Made by a program: the position numbers and the translations under genes. A DNA stretch of 45,498 bases from Sphingomicrobium sp. (lineage in GTDB: Bacteria > Pseudomonadota > Alphaproteobacteria > Sphingomonadales > Sphingomonadaceae). Each line of letters opens with the position of its first letter. Within the stretch, counting starts at the first letter, position 1. Where the stretch lies: assembly GCA_039928675.1 (NCBI GenBank), contig JBDSSR010000050.1:1-45498 (forward strand). Reading direction: 5' to 3'. This document shows, piece after piece, positions 28,628 to 37,627 of the stretch. The notes below the pieces were generated by a model. It was not told the DNA's origin. It was given only the letters and a program-made list of their open reading frames with translations, and did not search any database.

Positions 28628-29380
28628 TCACCCGCGCCAAAGGCCGTCCAGCTTTTCAGCTGTAACCGGAAAACCGAGATCGTCCGGGATGGTGATGAAT
28701 TTCTCGCCGTCCCGTTCCTCCACCCACGGAGTGATCGCACGGACCGCGTGAGCAAGCGCATCGGCGCGGATGTCCTCGAACGAACTGCATCGGGCAAGCC
28801 GTTCGAGCGTTCGCCGGGTCGGGAAGATCAGTCGCGCCCGGCCGTCCCGCTCGCTTTGCAAAAGGTCGGCAGCGCCAACCCAGGCCGCGCCGGCGCATTC
28901 GCCGGCGATAATTTGCGGCTGCCAATCACCCGCCGGGCATCGCGCGACGTAAAACAGAGTGTCGAACCGGCGCACCGCGTGAAACTCGGGCACCCATCGC
29001 GCGAACAGAGTGAGGGCCGACCAGTCGATTGCAAGCCCCGCCCCATCCAGAATCGCGGCGAAGTCAGCGCTGGTGGCGAGCTTGGCCTGCATTTGGCGCG
29101 CATCGTCCGCTGTCGGGGTTGGCGTCAGGGCCGCGGGCACCGCGGTTTCCTCAAGCGTTTCCCGAATTGCCGCGATCATCGCTGCAACTGCTGCACAATC
29201 GCGGCCCAATCGCGTCGCAAGCACGCGGTCGGCCGGGTCGATTCGCCCCCCGGGAAAGACCCATGCGCCAGCGGCGAACGCCATCGCTTGCGCGCGCTCG
29301 ACCATCAGCAGTTCCGGGCGACCCCCTGGCGAATCGCGAACGAGGATTAGAGTCGCGGCCGGGATCGCCTCATCGGCCAC
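28628..29380 (-). CDS. NUDIX hydrolase (NUDT19-like)
   Basis: PAATLILVRD, FPGGRIDPAD, AAIRETLEET, RRFDTLFY, IFPT motifs. Confidence 0.88.
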   Translation of the reverse strand: MADEAIPAATLILVRDSPGGRPELLMVERAQAMAFAAGAWVFPGGRIDPADRVLATRLGRDCAAVAAMIAAIRETLEETAVPAALTPTPTADDARQMQAKLATSADFAAILDGAGLAIDWSALTLFARWVPEFHAVRRFDTLFYVARCPAGDWQPQIIAGECAGAAWVGAADLLQSERDGRARLIFPTRRTLERLARCSSFEDIRADALAHAVRAITPWVEERDGEKFITIPDDLGFPVTAEKLDGLWRG

Positions 29381-29640
29381 TACATCCCGCTGACGTTCTG
29401 TTCCTGATCGTCGGAGCTGGTTTCGGGCACGCTCGCCGAGGCATTGACGTCGGCGGCGACTTGGTTGTCCGCGGTTGCGGTGATGGCGGCATCCATCGCC
29501 GCTTCGTTGGCCTGTTCGTTGAGCATGTCGACACTCGGCTGGTTCAGCTCGACATTATTGACCTGGTCCTGGTTGCTATTGTTGCACGCGGCAACGCCAA
29601 GGGCGGTGGTGACGATCAGCGCAAAGTCGAATTTTTTCAC
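29380..29640 (-). CDS. Small acidic lipoprotein
   Basis: GTG start; lipobox VAAC; N/D/E/A-rich tail; stop overlaps the NUDIX start. Confidence 0.75.
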   Translation of the reverse strand: MKKFDFALIVTTALGVAACNNSNQDQVNNVELNQPSVDMLNEQANEAAMDAAITATADNQVAADVNASASVPETSSDDQEQNVSGM

Positions 29641-29716
29641 GAGTCTAATCCCCTGCAAGTGAAACAGTCGGTCCCCACCATATCAGGACTGATGCGCGAC
29701 ATTCCAGAGCCATTCC

Positions 29717-29745
29717 TTGTGAATGCGGTCCCAAATCGCTAAATA
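29717..29745 (+). promoter_or_regulatory. Candidate sigma70 promoter of tmRNA
   Basis: TTGTGA-N17-TAAATA preceded by GC, just upstream of the acceptor piece. Confidence 0.5.
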
Positions 29746-29750
29746 GGGCA

Positions 29751-30102
29751 GGCCGGGCAACCGGCTATGTCGGTAGAATGTCAGGTGGAATAAGTATCTC
29801 GGACCCGGGGGGCAGTACCCCGGCGCCTCCACCATCAGCCGCGACGCCGGAAACGGGGACGCGTTTGCTGATGGGGGCGAAATAGGATCGACGAGTGCGG
29901 TAAAGACCTGGTTGCCGATCGGTATGGATGCCACCGTGACGGCTCAATCACATAAGTGCCAACGATAACGAGGCTCTTGCAATTGCTGCGTAACAACGTC
30001 CTAACGGACTGAGTTACAAAGACAAAAGCGCGGTCGGACCCCGCCGGGCAACAGAAGGGGATTCCAGCGGTTCGGGGAGCACCGGGCAACAGAAGCTCCC
30101 CA
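29751..30102 (+). ncRNA. ssrA: Two-piece (circularly permuted) tmRNA
   Basis: Acceptor piece ends CGCCTCC-ACCA at 29834; intervening hairpin 29835-29872; coding piece starts GGGGGCGAAATAGGATCGAC at 29873 (G3-U70 pair); tag ANDNEALAIAA* at 29958-29993; outer ends approximate. Confidence 0.95.
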
Positions 30103-30108
30103 CTTTTT

Positions 30109-30531
30109 CTAGCGTCGCCTCAACTCGTCCCTGATTTCGCTCAACAGCTCGACTTCCGTCGGGCTAGCGGGGACGTCCGCTTCCCTGCGCATCGCGCGAT
30201 TGGCGGCCTTGATCATCAGGAAGATGATGAACGCCAGGATGACGAAGCTAACGAGCTGCGTGACGAACGCGCCCCACCCAAGCACCGGCGCGCCTGCTTT
30301 CTTCAGCGCGGCATAATCGGTCATAGCGCCATGATAATCGGCAGGGACCGGGCCAAGCAGCAGGAAATGGCTCGAAAAATCGAGTCCGCCGAAAAGTTTG
30401 CCGATGATCGGCATGATAATGTCGTCGGTCAGGCTGGCGACGATCTTGGCAAAGGCCGCGCCGATAATGACCGCCACCGCGAGATCGAGCACATTGCCCT
30501 TGGCGATGAAGTTGCGGAATTCTTTCAGCAT
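30109..30531 (-). CDS. mscL: Large-conductance mechanosensitive channel
   Basis: MLKEFRNFIAKGNVLDLAVAVIIGAAF; LLSEIRDEL. Confidence 0.97.
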   Translation of the reverse strand: MLKEFRNFIAKGNVLDLAVAVIIGAAFAKIVASLTDDIIMPIIGKLFGGLDFSSHFLLLGPVPADYHGAMTDYAALKKAGAPVLGWGAFVTQLVSFVILAFIIFLMIKAANRAMRREADVPASPTEVELLSEIRDELRRR

Positions 30532-30617
30532 GGCGCTTTCCCCCGGTCAGTCGCGGCCACACTAGCTCAATCCAGCGGGATTGGCAGTCGGCCCTGTGTT
30601 GCATTCGTAAGCCAGCA

Positions 30618-30642
30618 TTGAAACAGCGCTGCCGCCCCTATA
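30618..30642 (+). promoter_or_regulatory. Candidate RpoH (sigma32) promoter for lemA
   Basis: TTGAA-N14-CCTATA. Confidence 0.45.
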
Positions 30643-30675
30643 CCTAACTCCTCGCTTAACTTGGGGAGTGTGGAC

Positions 30676-31272
30676 ATGAGCTTTCTTCGCCGTTTCGGCC
30701 TGCTTGCACCGCTGGCCGCGCTCAGCCTTGGCGGCTGCGGCCTCAATAGCGTTCCGACTGCCGAAGAGAACGTCAACGCCAAGTGGGCAAATCTCCAGGC
30801 CGATTACCAGCGCCGGGGAGACCTCATTCCCAACCTCGTCGCCACCGTGAAGGGCTACGCCAAGCAGGAAAGCAGCGTCCTGATTGCGGTTACGCAGGCC
30901 CGCGCCGATGCTGGCAAGGTGACGCTCAACGCCAGCGACCTTTCCGACTCCGCCAAGGTGAAGGCGTTCAATGACGCGCAAGGGCGGCTAACGCAGGCCA
31001 TCGTGCCGCTGCAGCGGCTTCAGGAAGCCTATCCGGACCTCAAGTCGAACCAGAATTTCCTTGCGCTCCAGGACCAGCTGGAAGGCACGGAGAACCGCAT
31101 CAACGCCTCTCGCCGCGATTATAATGAATCTGTGCAGGCCTATAACACCCGCATCCGCACCTTCCCCGACGCGGTCGGCGCAAAGATCTTCTATGGCGCC
31201 AAGCCCAAGGTGCCGTTCGAGGCTTCGGCTGCAGCCCAGCAGTCGCCCACCGTCGATTTCAACGCGAGCTGA
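30676..31272 (+). CDS. lemA: LemA family lipoprotein
   Basis: Lipobox LGGC; YQRRGDLIPNLVATVKGY; YPDLKSNQNF; LEGTENRI. Confidence 0.95.
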   Translation: MSFLRRFGLLAPLAALSLGGCGLNSVPTAEENVNAKWANLQADYQRRGDLIPNLVATVKGYAKQESSVLIAVTQARADAGKVTLNASDLSDSAKVKAFNDAQGRLTQAIVPLQRLQEAYPDLKSNQNFLALQDQLEGTENRINASRRDYNESVQAYNTRIRTFPDAVGAKIFYGAKPKVPFEASAAAQQSPTVDFNAS

Positions 31273-31273
31273 G

Positions 31274-32101
31274 GTGACGCGGCTATTCGCGGCATTGTGG
31301 CTGGCGCTGTTCGCGCTGGCTGCCCCCGCGTCCGCGCAGACGTTTCCGGCGCTGACCGGGCGGGTCGTCGACCAGGCTCACCTGCTTAGCCCCGCGCAGG
31401 TCGTGGACATCACCAGCAAGTCGCAAGCGCTGGAAGCGCAGAGCGGCCGCCAGTTCGTGGTTGCGACCGTCAACAGCCTCGAAGGTTATCCAATCGAGGA
31501 TTACTCTTACCACCTGTTGCGTGACTGGAAACTTGGGAGCGCCAAGAACAACGACGGAGTTCTCCTGGTCGTAGCGCCGAATGAGCGTAAAGTCTGGATT
31601 ACAACCGGGTACGGCGCCGGCGGCTTCCTGACTGACGCGATGTCGGGGGTGATCGTCCGCGACGATATCCTGCCCCACTTCAAGCAGAACCCGCCCGATT
31701 ATGGCGGCGGGATCCAAGCAGGCTCAAACACGGTCATCAAGCAGATGAGCCTTCCGCCCGAAGAAGCGGCGAAAAACGTCGCCAAAGCGGGGCAGGCGCA
31801 ACAGCAACGCCAGCATTCGGGCGGCGGCACGATACCGGTGATTTTCTGGCTGATGATCATCGGCTTTGTCGTCCTCTCGCACTTCCGCCGCGGCCGCGGC
31901 CGTCGCTACCGGTCGCGCTCGGGCAGAATTAGCCCGTGGGTCATGCTGTGGGGCCTCAATGAGCTTAGCCGAGGCTCGCGCGGAAGCGGCTGGGGCGGTG
32001 GCTCGTCCTGGGGCGGCGGCGGCGGCGGGTTCGGCGGGGGTGGTGGATTCTCCGGCGGCGGCGGTTCAGGCGGCGGCGGCGGCGCGGGTGGAAGCTGGTG
32101 A
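31274..32101 (+). CDS. TPM domain protein (YgcG-like) with Gly-rich tail
   Basis: GRVVDQAHLLS, NDGVLLVVAPNER, GYG; GGG-rich C-terminus ending GGSW. Confidence 0.9.
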   Translation: MTRLFAALWLALFALAAPASAQTFPALTGRVVDQAHLLSPAQVVDITSKSQALEAQSGRQFVVATVNSLEGYPIEDYSYHLLRDWKLGSAKNNDGVLLVVAPNERKVWITTGYGAGGFLTDAMSGVIVRDDILPHFKQNPPDYGGGIQAGSNTVIKQMSLPPEEAAKNVAKAGQAQQQRQHSGGGTIPVIFWLMIIGFVVLSHFRRGRGRRYRSRSGRISPWVMLWGLNELSRGSRGSGWGGGSSWGGGGGGFGGGGGFSGGGGSGGGGGAGGSW

Positions 32102-32775
32102 TCCGGAAGCTTTCCAAGCAAGACCATGACAAGGTCTCCGTTGCGGTCACCGCGGCGGAAGCGAGCAGCAGCGGCGAGATCGTCGTTGTCGCGACGCCGA
32201 TCAGCGACGCTTATCATGACGTCGCGCTGCACTGGGCGTTGGTGCCGCTATTCGCGGTCCTCGCCTGGGCCGCGTGGCGCCCGACAGCACTCGCCTGGTG
32301 GCATGATTTGCTGTTCGGCGGCTGGCAGCCCGAGCCGACGCAAAGCCAGTTGTTTACGCTGCTGATGTTCTTCGCGGCGCTCAAGTTCACGATTGCACTG
32401 CTGATTCTGAAGTGGATGCCGCTTCGGCTGTTCCTGACGCCGGCGGCAACCAAGCATCGTCGCGTGCGCCGGCGCGCAATCGCCATCTTTCAGGCCGCAG
32501 CCGCTGGGCGGACCACCGGCCGAACCGGCATTCTGATCTATCTCTCGCTCGCGGAACGGCGCGCGGAAATCGTCGCCGACCAGGCGATCCTCGAGGTCAC
32601 CGACGATCAATCCTGGGGCGAAGCGATGACCGACCTACTCACCAACGTGCGGGCGGGCCGGATCGGCGACGGCATCGTTGCTGCCGTCAACCGGGTTGGC
32701 GCGGTTCTGTCCGAGCATTTCCCCCGCTCGGCAGCCGACCTCAATGAAATCCCGGACGAACTGATCGAGCTGTGA
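32098..32775 (+). CDS. TPM domain membrane protein
   Basis: AEASSSGEIVVV, TGILIYLSLAERRAEIVAD, NEIPD; GTGA overlap. Confidence 0.88.
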   Translation: MIRKLSKQDHDKVSVAVTAAEASSSGEIVVVATPISDAYHDVALHWALVPLFAVLAWAAWRPTALAWWHDLLFGGWQPEPTQSQLFTLLMFFAALKFTIALLILKWMPLRLFLTPAATKHRRVRRRAIAIFQAAAAGRTTGRTGILIYLSLAERRAEIVADQAILEVTDDQSWGEAMTDLLTNVRAGRIGDGIVAAVNRVGAVLSEHFPRSAADLNEIPDELIEL

Positions 32776-33287
32776 ATCTCGACGACCTGCCCCCCGAAGA
32801 AGTGCTGGCGGAAGGAAAATATGTCCGCCTCGCGCGGCGCGGGCAGTGGGAATATGCCGGTCGGGTGCGGGGCATCGGTGCCGTCGTTGTCATCGCCGAG
32901 CATGACGGCAAGGTGATCCTGGTGGAACAGCCGCGCGTGCCCCCCGATCGCCGCTGCATCGAGCTTCCCGCGGGATTGGTCGGTGACACCGATCCCGACG
33001 CAACGGTGGAAAGCACCGCGATCAAGGAGCTGGAGGAGGAAACCGGCTTCACCGCCGAGCGAATCGAGCGCCTCGGCGAATTCTACGCCTCGCCCGGGAT
33101 GGTCTCCGAAGGCTTTACGCTGGTCCGCGCGCATGGTGTCCGCCGGGTCGGCGAGGGCGGCGGGGACGAGAATGAGGACATCAAGGTTCACTTCGTTGCG
33201 CGCGCCGATATTCCGAGCTTCATCGAGCAAAAGCGCGCCGAAGGCTTTGGGATCGACGTCAAGGTGTTGATCTTCCTAGGCTATTGA
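32772..33287 (+). CDS. NUDIX hydrolase (ADP-ribose pyrophosphatase-like)
   Basis: ELPAGLVG...AIKELEEETG Nudix box; SPG. Confidence 0.9.
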   Translation: MNLDDLPPEEVLAEGKYVRLARRGQWEYAGRVRGIGAVVVIAEHDGKVILVEQPRVPPDRRCIELPAGLVGDTDPDATVESTAIKELEEETGFTAERIERLGEFYASPGMVSEGFTLVRAHGVRRVGEGGGDENEDIKVHFVARADIPSFIEQKRAEGFGIDVKVLIFLGY

Positions 33288-33362
33288 CAGGGCGGCCAGA
33301 CCCAGGCGCGACAATGCCGCTGCGGATGCGGAAACAATTGGCCGCGGCGCGGTTGAAGGGTG

Positions 33363-34220
33363 ATGCCCCGCCTCATTCACCTATCCGATCTCCATTTTGG
33401 CGCCCATGACGACCGCATCGTCGCGGCGGTCGAACGGCGGATCGATGAAGAGAAACCCGATCTTGTCGTTGTTTCCGGCGACTTCACACAACGCGCCCGG
33501 ACCGAAGAGTTCGAGCTGGCCTGCGAATTTTTGACCCGGTTGCGGGACAAAGGCCATGACGTGAGTGGGGTGCCCGGCAATCACGACGTTCCGCTCTACG
33601 ATGTGTTTCGCCGTTTCCTTTCGCCACTGACCCGGTATCGCCGTTTCATCGATCAGACTTTGTGCCCGTTTCTCGATCTTCCCGGGATGACCGTGCTCGG
33701 GATCAATACAGCGCGCTCGCTGACCTTCAAGAACGGGCATATCAGCCACGAGCAGATCAACTTCATCCGTGAATGCTTCGCCCAGACCGATCCCGCCAAG
33801 CCGCGAATCCTGGTGATGCATCATCCCTTGTTCGCGATTCCGGTCGGAAATGGGCCAGCGCTTGGCCATCCGATGGACGACCAGAAACGCGCGCTCGACG
33901 CGATTTCGGAGTTGGGAGTTGATCTTCTGCTTGCCGGGCACAACCACCGAGCAAGCATTCATGACGCTGAAGATCTGGTGCACGGCGCGGGCCAGACGCT
34001 GGTGATCCAGGCCGGCACCGCAACGTCGACCCGGCTTCGCGAGGAATCGCAAAGCTTCAACCGGATCGAAGTCAGTCCCGAGGACGTGGTGGTTACCATC
34101 CAGCGATGGGACGGGTCGCAGTTTCGTTCGGGCGACCGGGAGGAATTCCGGCGAAGCGGCGACCAGTGGCGCCTGTCGAGCGGCAAAAAGGTCGAGCCCG
34201 CGGACGAGGCCGCGGATTGA
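33363..34220 (+). CDS. Metallophosphoesterase (calcineurin-like)
   Basis: SDLHFG, SGDFT, PGNHD, MHHP, AGHNH motifs. Confidence 0.9.
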   Translation: MPRLIHLSDLHFGAHDDRIVAAVERRIDEEKPDLVVVSGDFTQRARTEEFELACEFLTRLRDKGHDVSGVPGNHDVPLYDVFRRFLSPLTRYRRFIDQTLCPFLDLPGMTVLGINTARSLTFKNGHISHEQINFIRECFAQTDPAKPRILVMHHPLFAIPVGNGPALGHPMDDQKRALDAISELGVDLLLAGHNHRASIHDAEDLVHGAGQTLVIQAGTATSTRLREESQSFNRIEVSPEDVVVTIQRWDGSQFRSGDREEFRRSGDQWRLSSGKKVEPADEAAD

Positions 34221-34252
34221 ACTGGAGCAACCCCTTCGCCTAGAGCGGAGGG

Positions 34253-35122
34253 ATGAGGGACATTTCCAGCTTCGAGCTAGACAGTTTCGACCTCGACAGC
34301 TTCGTTGCGGCAGTCCTCGCGGAGGATTTGGGGCAGGGCGGGGACGTGACCTCCGCGGCAACCATTGACGCCGGCGCTCGCTTCACGTCCGCAATCAACG
34401 CCCGGGAGCCGATAATTCTTGCCGGTCTCGACGTCGCCGCGGCATTTTTCCGGCGGCTCGATCAAGACGTCCACATCGACGTGGAAGCTGCCGATGGCGA
34501 TCGGGTGGGCGAAGGTGCAAAACTGATGAGTTTGCAGGGCAATGCGCGGGCAATGCTGGCGGCCGAACGATCGGCGCTCAACACCCTCCAGCATCTGTCG
34601 GGTATTGCGACAATGACCCGCCGCTATGTCGATGCGATTGAAGGGACCGGAGCGATCCTGCTCGATACGCGCAAGACCATACCCGGCTTGCGAGCACTCG
34701 AAAAATATGCGGTGCGGATGGGGGGCGCGCAGAACCATCGTCTGCGCCTCGACGATGGCATCCTGATCAAGGACAATCATGTCGCTGTCTGTGGCGGAGT
34801 GGCCGAAGCGGTTCATCGCGCCAAGGCCGCGAACAGCGGGCTTCAGGTCCAGGTCGAAGTCGACCGCATTGACCAGATCGAAGCTGCGCTGGACGCTGGC
34901 GCCGACCGCCTGCTCCTCGACAACATGCCGCCGCCGGTCCTTCGCCAAGCCGTCGCGCTGGTCGCCGGCCGAGTTCCGCTGGAGGCATCTGGCGGCGTGA
35001 ACCTCGATACGATCCGCGGCATTGCCGAGACAGGTGTCGGTTACGTCTCGGCCGGGCGCATCACCCAGTCCGCGCCGGCAGTCGACATCGGGCTGGATTA
35101 TCGGATCCCATCGTCGGGATGA
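34253..35122 (+). CDS. nadC: Nicotinate-nucleotide diphosphorylase (carboxylating)
   Basis: LAEDLG..GDVTS, ERSALN, DTRKT, KDNH, LLDN, EASGG. Confidence 0.96.
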   Translation: MRDISSFELDSFDLDSFVAAVLAEDLGQGGDVTSAATIDAGARFTSAINAREPIILAGLDVAAAFFRRLDQDVHIDVEAADGDRVGEGAKLMSLQGNARAMLAAERSALNTLQHLSGIATMTRRYVDAIEGTGAILLDTRKTIPGLRALEKYAVRMGGAQNHRLRLDDGILIKDNHVAVCGGVAEAVHRAKAANSGLQVQVEVDRIDQIEAALDAGADRLLLDNMPPPVLRQAVALVAGRVPLEASGGVNLDTIRGIAETGVGYVSAGRITQSAPAVDIGLDYRIPSSG

Positions 35123-35251
35123 TCGGATGGCGTTAATCGTGTCGTCAGCGTGCCAGGCGCAGCGCCGACCCGCGCGCTTTTTACGCGCAATAAGAGACCA
35201 GTGGCCCTATACGGGCGCGCGTTGGCGCGTAGGGCGCCCGGGAGATAAGGT

Positions 35252-36658
35252 TTGTTCAAAGGACTGAAGCCCATCGTTTACGGCGGGCGTGAAGTCTGGC
35301 CACTGGTCGAAGGCGGCAAGGGCGTCAGTGCGACCAATCATGCAAGTTCCGGGGCCTGGGCGGCGGCAGGGGGCATCGGCACGGTTTCGGCGGTCAACGC
35401 CGACAGCTTTGACGCTGAGGGCCGCATCGTCCCGCAGGTTTACGCTGCCCTCACCCGCCGCGACCGCCACGAAGAGCTGGTCCAATACGCGATCGACGGT
35501 GCCGTCGCGCAGGTCGAGCGGGCCTATGACATTGCCGGCGGCAAGGGCGCGATCAACATTAACGTGCTGTGGGAAATGGGCGGCGCGCAGCGGGTGCTTC
35601 ACGGCGTCCTGGAACGTACTCGGGGTCTCGTCACCGGGGTCACCTGCGGTGCCGGCATGCCCTACAAGCTGAGCGAAATCGCAGCGTCCTACGGCGTCAA
35701 CTATCTGCCGATCATCAGCTCGGCGCGCGCGTTCACCGCGCTTTGGAAGCGCGCCTATCACAAGGCCGCCGACTGGCTTGCGGCAGTGGTCTATGAGGAC
35801 CCGTGGCTGGCTGGCGGACACAACGGCCTGTCGAATGCGGAAGACCCGCGCAAGCCGCAGGATCCCTATCCGCGCGTGAAGGCGCTGCGCGACACGATGC
35901 GCGAGCAGGGCATTGCCGACAGCGTTCCGATCGTCATGGCCGGGGGCGTTTGGCGGCTCGACGAGTGGGACAACTGGATCGACAATCCCGAGCTCGGACA
36001 GATCGTATTCCAGTTTGGAACGCGCCCGCTGTTGACCCAGGAAAGCCCGATACCGCCGGAATGGAAGGCGCGGCTCATGACGCTCGATGAAGGCGACATA
36101 CTGCTTCATCGATTTTCGCCGACGGGCTTCTATTCGTCGGCGGTGCGCAACCCGTTTTTGCGCAATCTTGAAGCGCGAAGCGACCGCCAGATCGCCTACA
36201 CCAAGGAAGCGATTGGCGATCACCATTTCGAGCTCGACGTCGGTATCGGCACGAAGAAGAATTACTGGGTGACCAAGGGCGATTTGATCCACGCCCGAGA
36301 ATGGTTCGCGCGCGGTTTCACCAACGCCATGAAAACGCCGGATGACACGCTGATCTTCGTCACTCCGGAGGAGGAAAAGCATATCCGCACCGACCAGGCG
36401 GAATGCATGGGCTGCCTGTCGCAATGCGCGTTTTCGTCATGGGCCGATAATGAAAAGAATTCGACCGGAAGGCTCGCCGACCCGCGCAGCTTCTGCATAC
36501 AAAAGACCCTTCAGGATATCGCTCATGGCGGCCCGGCCGAGCAGAACCTGATGTTCGCTGGTCACGCCGCATTCCGCTTCAAGAACGATCCCTTCTATTC
36601 GAATGGCTTCGTTCCGACGGTAAAGCAGCTTGTCGACCGGATCCTGACGGGCGCGTGA
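35252..36658 (+). CDS. Nitronate monooxygenase/FabK-superfamily FMN protein with C-terminal Cys cluster (FabX/UfaA-like)
   Basis: EGGKG, GAGMP, PIISSARA, AGGHNG, MAGG, QFGT, CMGCLSQC...FC. Confidence 0.85.
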   Translation: MFKGLKPIVYGGREVWPLVEGGKGVSATNHASSGAWAAAGGIGTVSAVNADSFDAEGRIVPQVYAALTRRDRHEELVQYAIDGAVAQVERAYDIAGGKGAININVLWEMGGAQRVLHGVLERTRGLVTGVTCGAGMPYKLSEIAASYGVNYLPIISSARAFTALWKRAYHKAADWLAAVVYEDPWLAGGHNGLSNAEDPRKPQDPYPRVKALRDTMREQGIADSVPIVMAGGVWRLDEWDNWIDNPELGQIVFQFGTRPLLTQESPIPPEWKARLMTLDEGDILLHRFSPTGFYSSAVRNPFLRNLEARSDRQIAYTKEAIGDHHFELDVGIGTKKNYWVTKGDLIHAREWFARGFTNAMKTPDDTLIFVTPEEEKHIRTDQAECMGCLSQCAFSSWADNEKNSTGRLADPRSFCIQKTLQDIAHGGPAEQNLMFAGHAAFRFKNDPFYSNGFVPTVKQLVDRILTGA

Positions 36659-37137
36659 TGGGTCGTCGGGGGCTGATCGCCGCGGCGTTGCTGATTCTAG
36701 CCGCGCCTGCTGCTGCTCAAGACAAGGCGCCGCCATATTGGGCCTCGATCGCCAGCGGCCAGGCCATGATGCGCGCTGGGCCGGGTCGCAACTACCCCGG
36801 AACCTGGCTCTACCAGCGCCGCGACCTGCCGGTCCGGGTGCTCAAGCTCTACCCCAACTGGCGTCTAGTCCAGGACCCCGACGGAGCCCGCGGCTGGATG
36901 CTGGTGACACTGCTCAGCGACCGCCGGACGGCAATCGTCAAACCCGGTGCGCCGCGCCCGATGCGAAGCGTTCCCGCCGACCAGGCCAAGGCACGCTATC
37001 TCGCCGATCCCGGCGTCGTCGGGCGGATCAGCAAGTGCAAGGGCGATGGCTGGTGCCGGTTCGAAGTCGGCAAGCAGGATGGGTACATCCGGGTATCCGA
37101 CCTGTGGGGCGTGACCGGCAACGAAGCCATCGACTGA
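36658..37137 (+). CDS. Exported protein with tandem bacterial SH3 domains
   Basis: Signal peptide; MRAGPGRNYP, LPVRV, WRLVQDPDG..GW, C..GWC. Confidence 0.85.
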   Translation: MGRRGLIAAALLILAAPAAAQDKAPPYWASIASGQAMMRAGPGRNYPGTWLYQRRDLPVRVLKLYPNWRLVQDPDGARGWMLVTLLSDRRTAIVKPGAPRPMRSVPADQAKARYLADPGVVGRISKCKGDGWCRFEVGKQDGYIRVSDLWGVTGNEAID

Positions 37138-37159
37138 CCAACGAGGGGGGGGAAAGCAA

Positions 37160-37609
37160 ATGACGTCTGGCCGGATATTCTGGGCAATCGCCGTTCTGGG
37201 CAGCCAAGCCGCGGCCAGCCCGCGCCCGGCGGTTGAGCATTTTGGCCGTCCGGTCCTTAACGGCCAGCCGCTACCTTTCTCTGACTCCGTGCGCGTCGGT
37301 GACACGCTATACCTCTCCGGTCAGCTTGGGCTCGTAGACGGCAAGCTGCCCGACGGCATAGAGGCGCAAACCAGGGGCGCGCTCGACAATATTGGTGCAA
37401 TCCTGAAGCGCGCCGGGGCTAGCTACGGGGACGTGTTCCACTGCACCGCAATGCTCAGCGACATGAAGAACTGGCCCGCCTTCAACGCCGTCTACGTCAC
37501 CTATTTCCCTGAAGGAAAGCGTCCGGCACGAAGTGCTTTCGGCGCCAGTGGTCTGGCGCTCGGCGGGCTGATCGAGCTCGAGTGCCAGGCTTTCGCGGGC
37601 GCAAAATAA
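37160..37609 (+). CDS. RidA/YjgF family protein with putative signal peptide
   Basis: LYLSGQ, QTRGALDNI, FNAVY, PARS, IELEC motifs. Confidence 0.9.
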   Translation: MTSGRIFWAIAVLGSQAAASPRPAVEHFGRPVLNGQPLPFSDSVRVGDTLYLSGQLGLVDGKLPDGIEAQTRGALDNIGAILKRAGASYGDVFHCTAMLSDMKNWPAFNAVYVTYFPEGKRPARSAFGASGLALGGLIELECQAFAGAK

Positions 37610-37627
37610 CGCCCGCGCGCCTGAGGC

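Noticed and set aside
29683-30089. Short minus-strand ORFs (60-84 aa)
   Set aside because: They lie antisense to the tmRNA gene
30044-30095. CRISPR-like repeat
   Set aside because: Only two 14-nt copies inside tmRNA; no cas genes
31985-32098. GGC tandem repeats as a DNA repeat element
   Set aside because: Explained by the Gly-rich tail typical of TPM/YgcG proteins
35201-35236. Hairpin in the leader of the flavoprotein gene
   Set aside because: A single imperfect GC-rich stem with no switch logic; expected by chance
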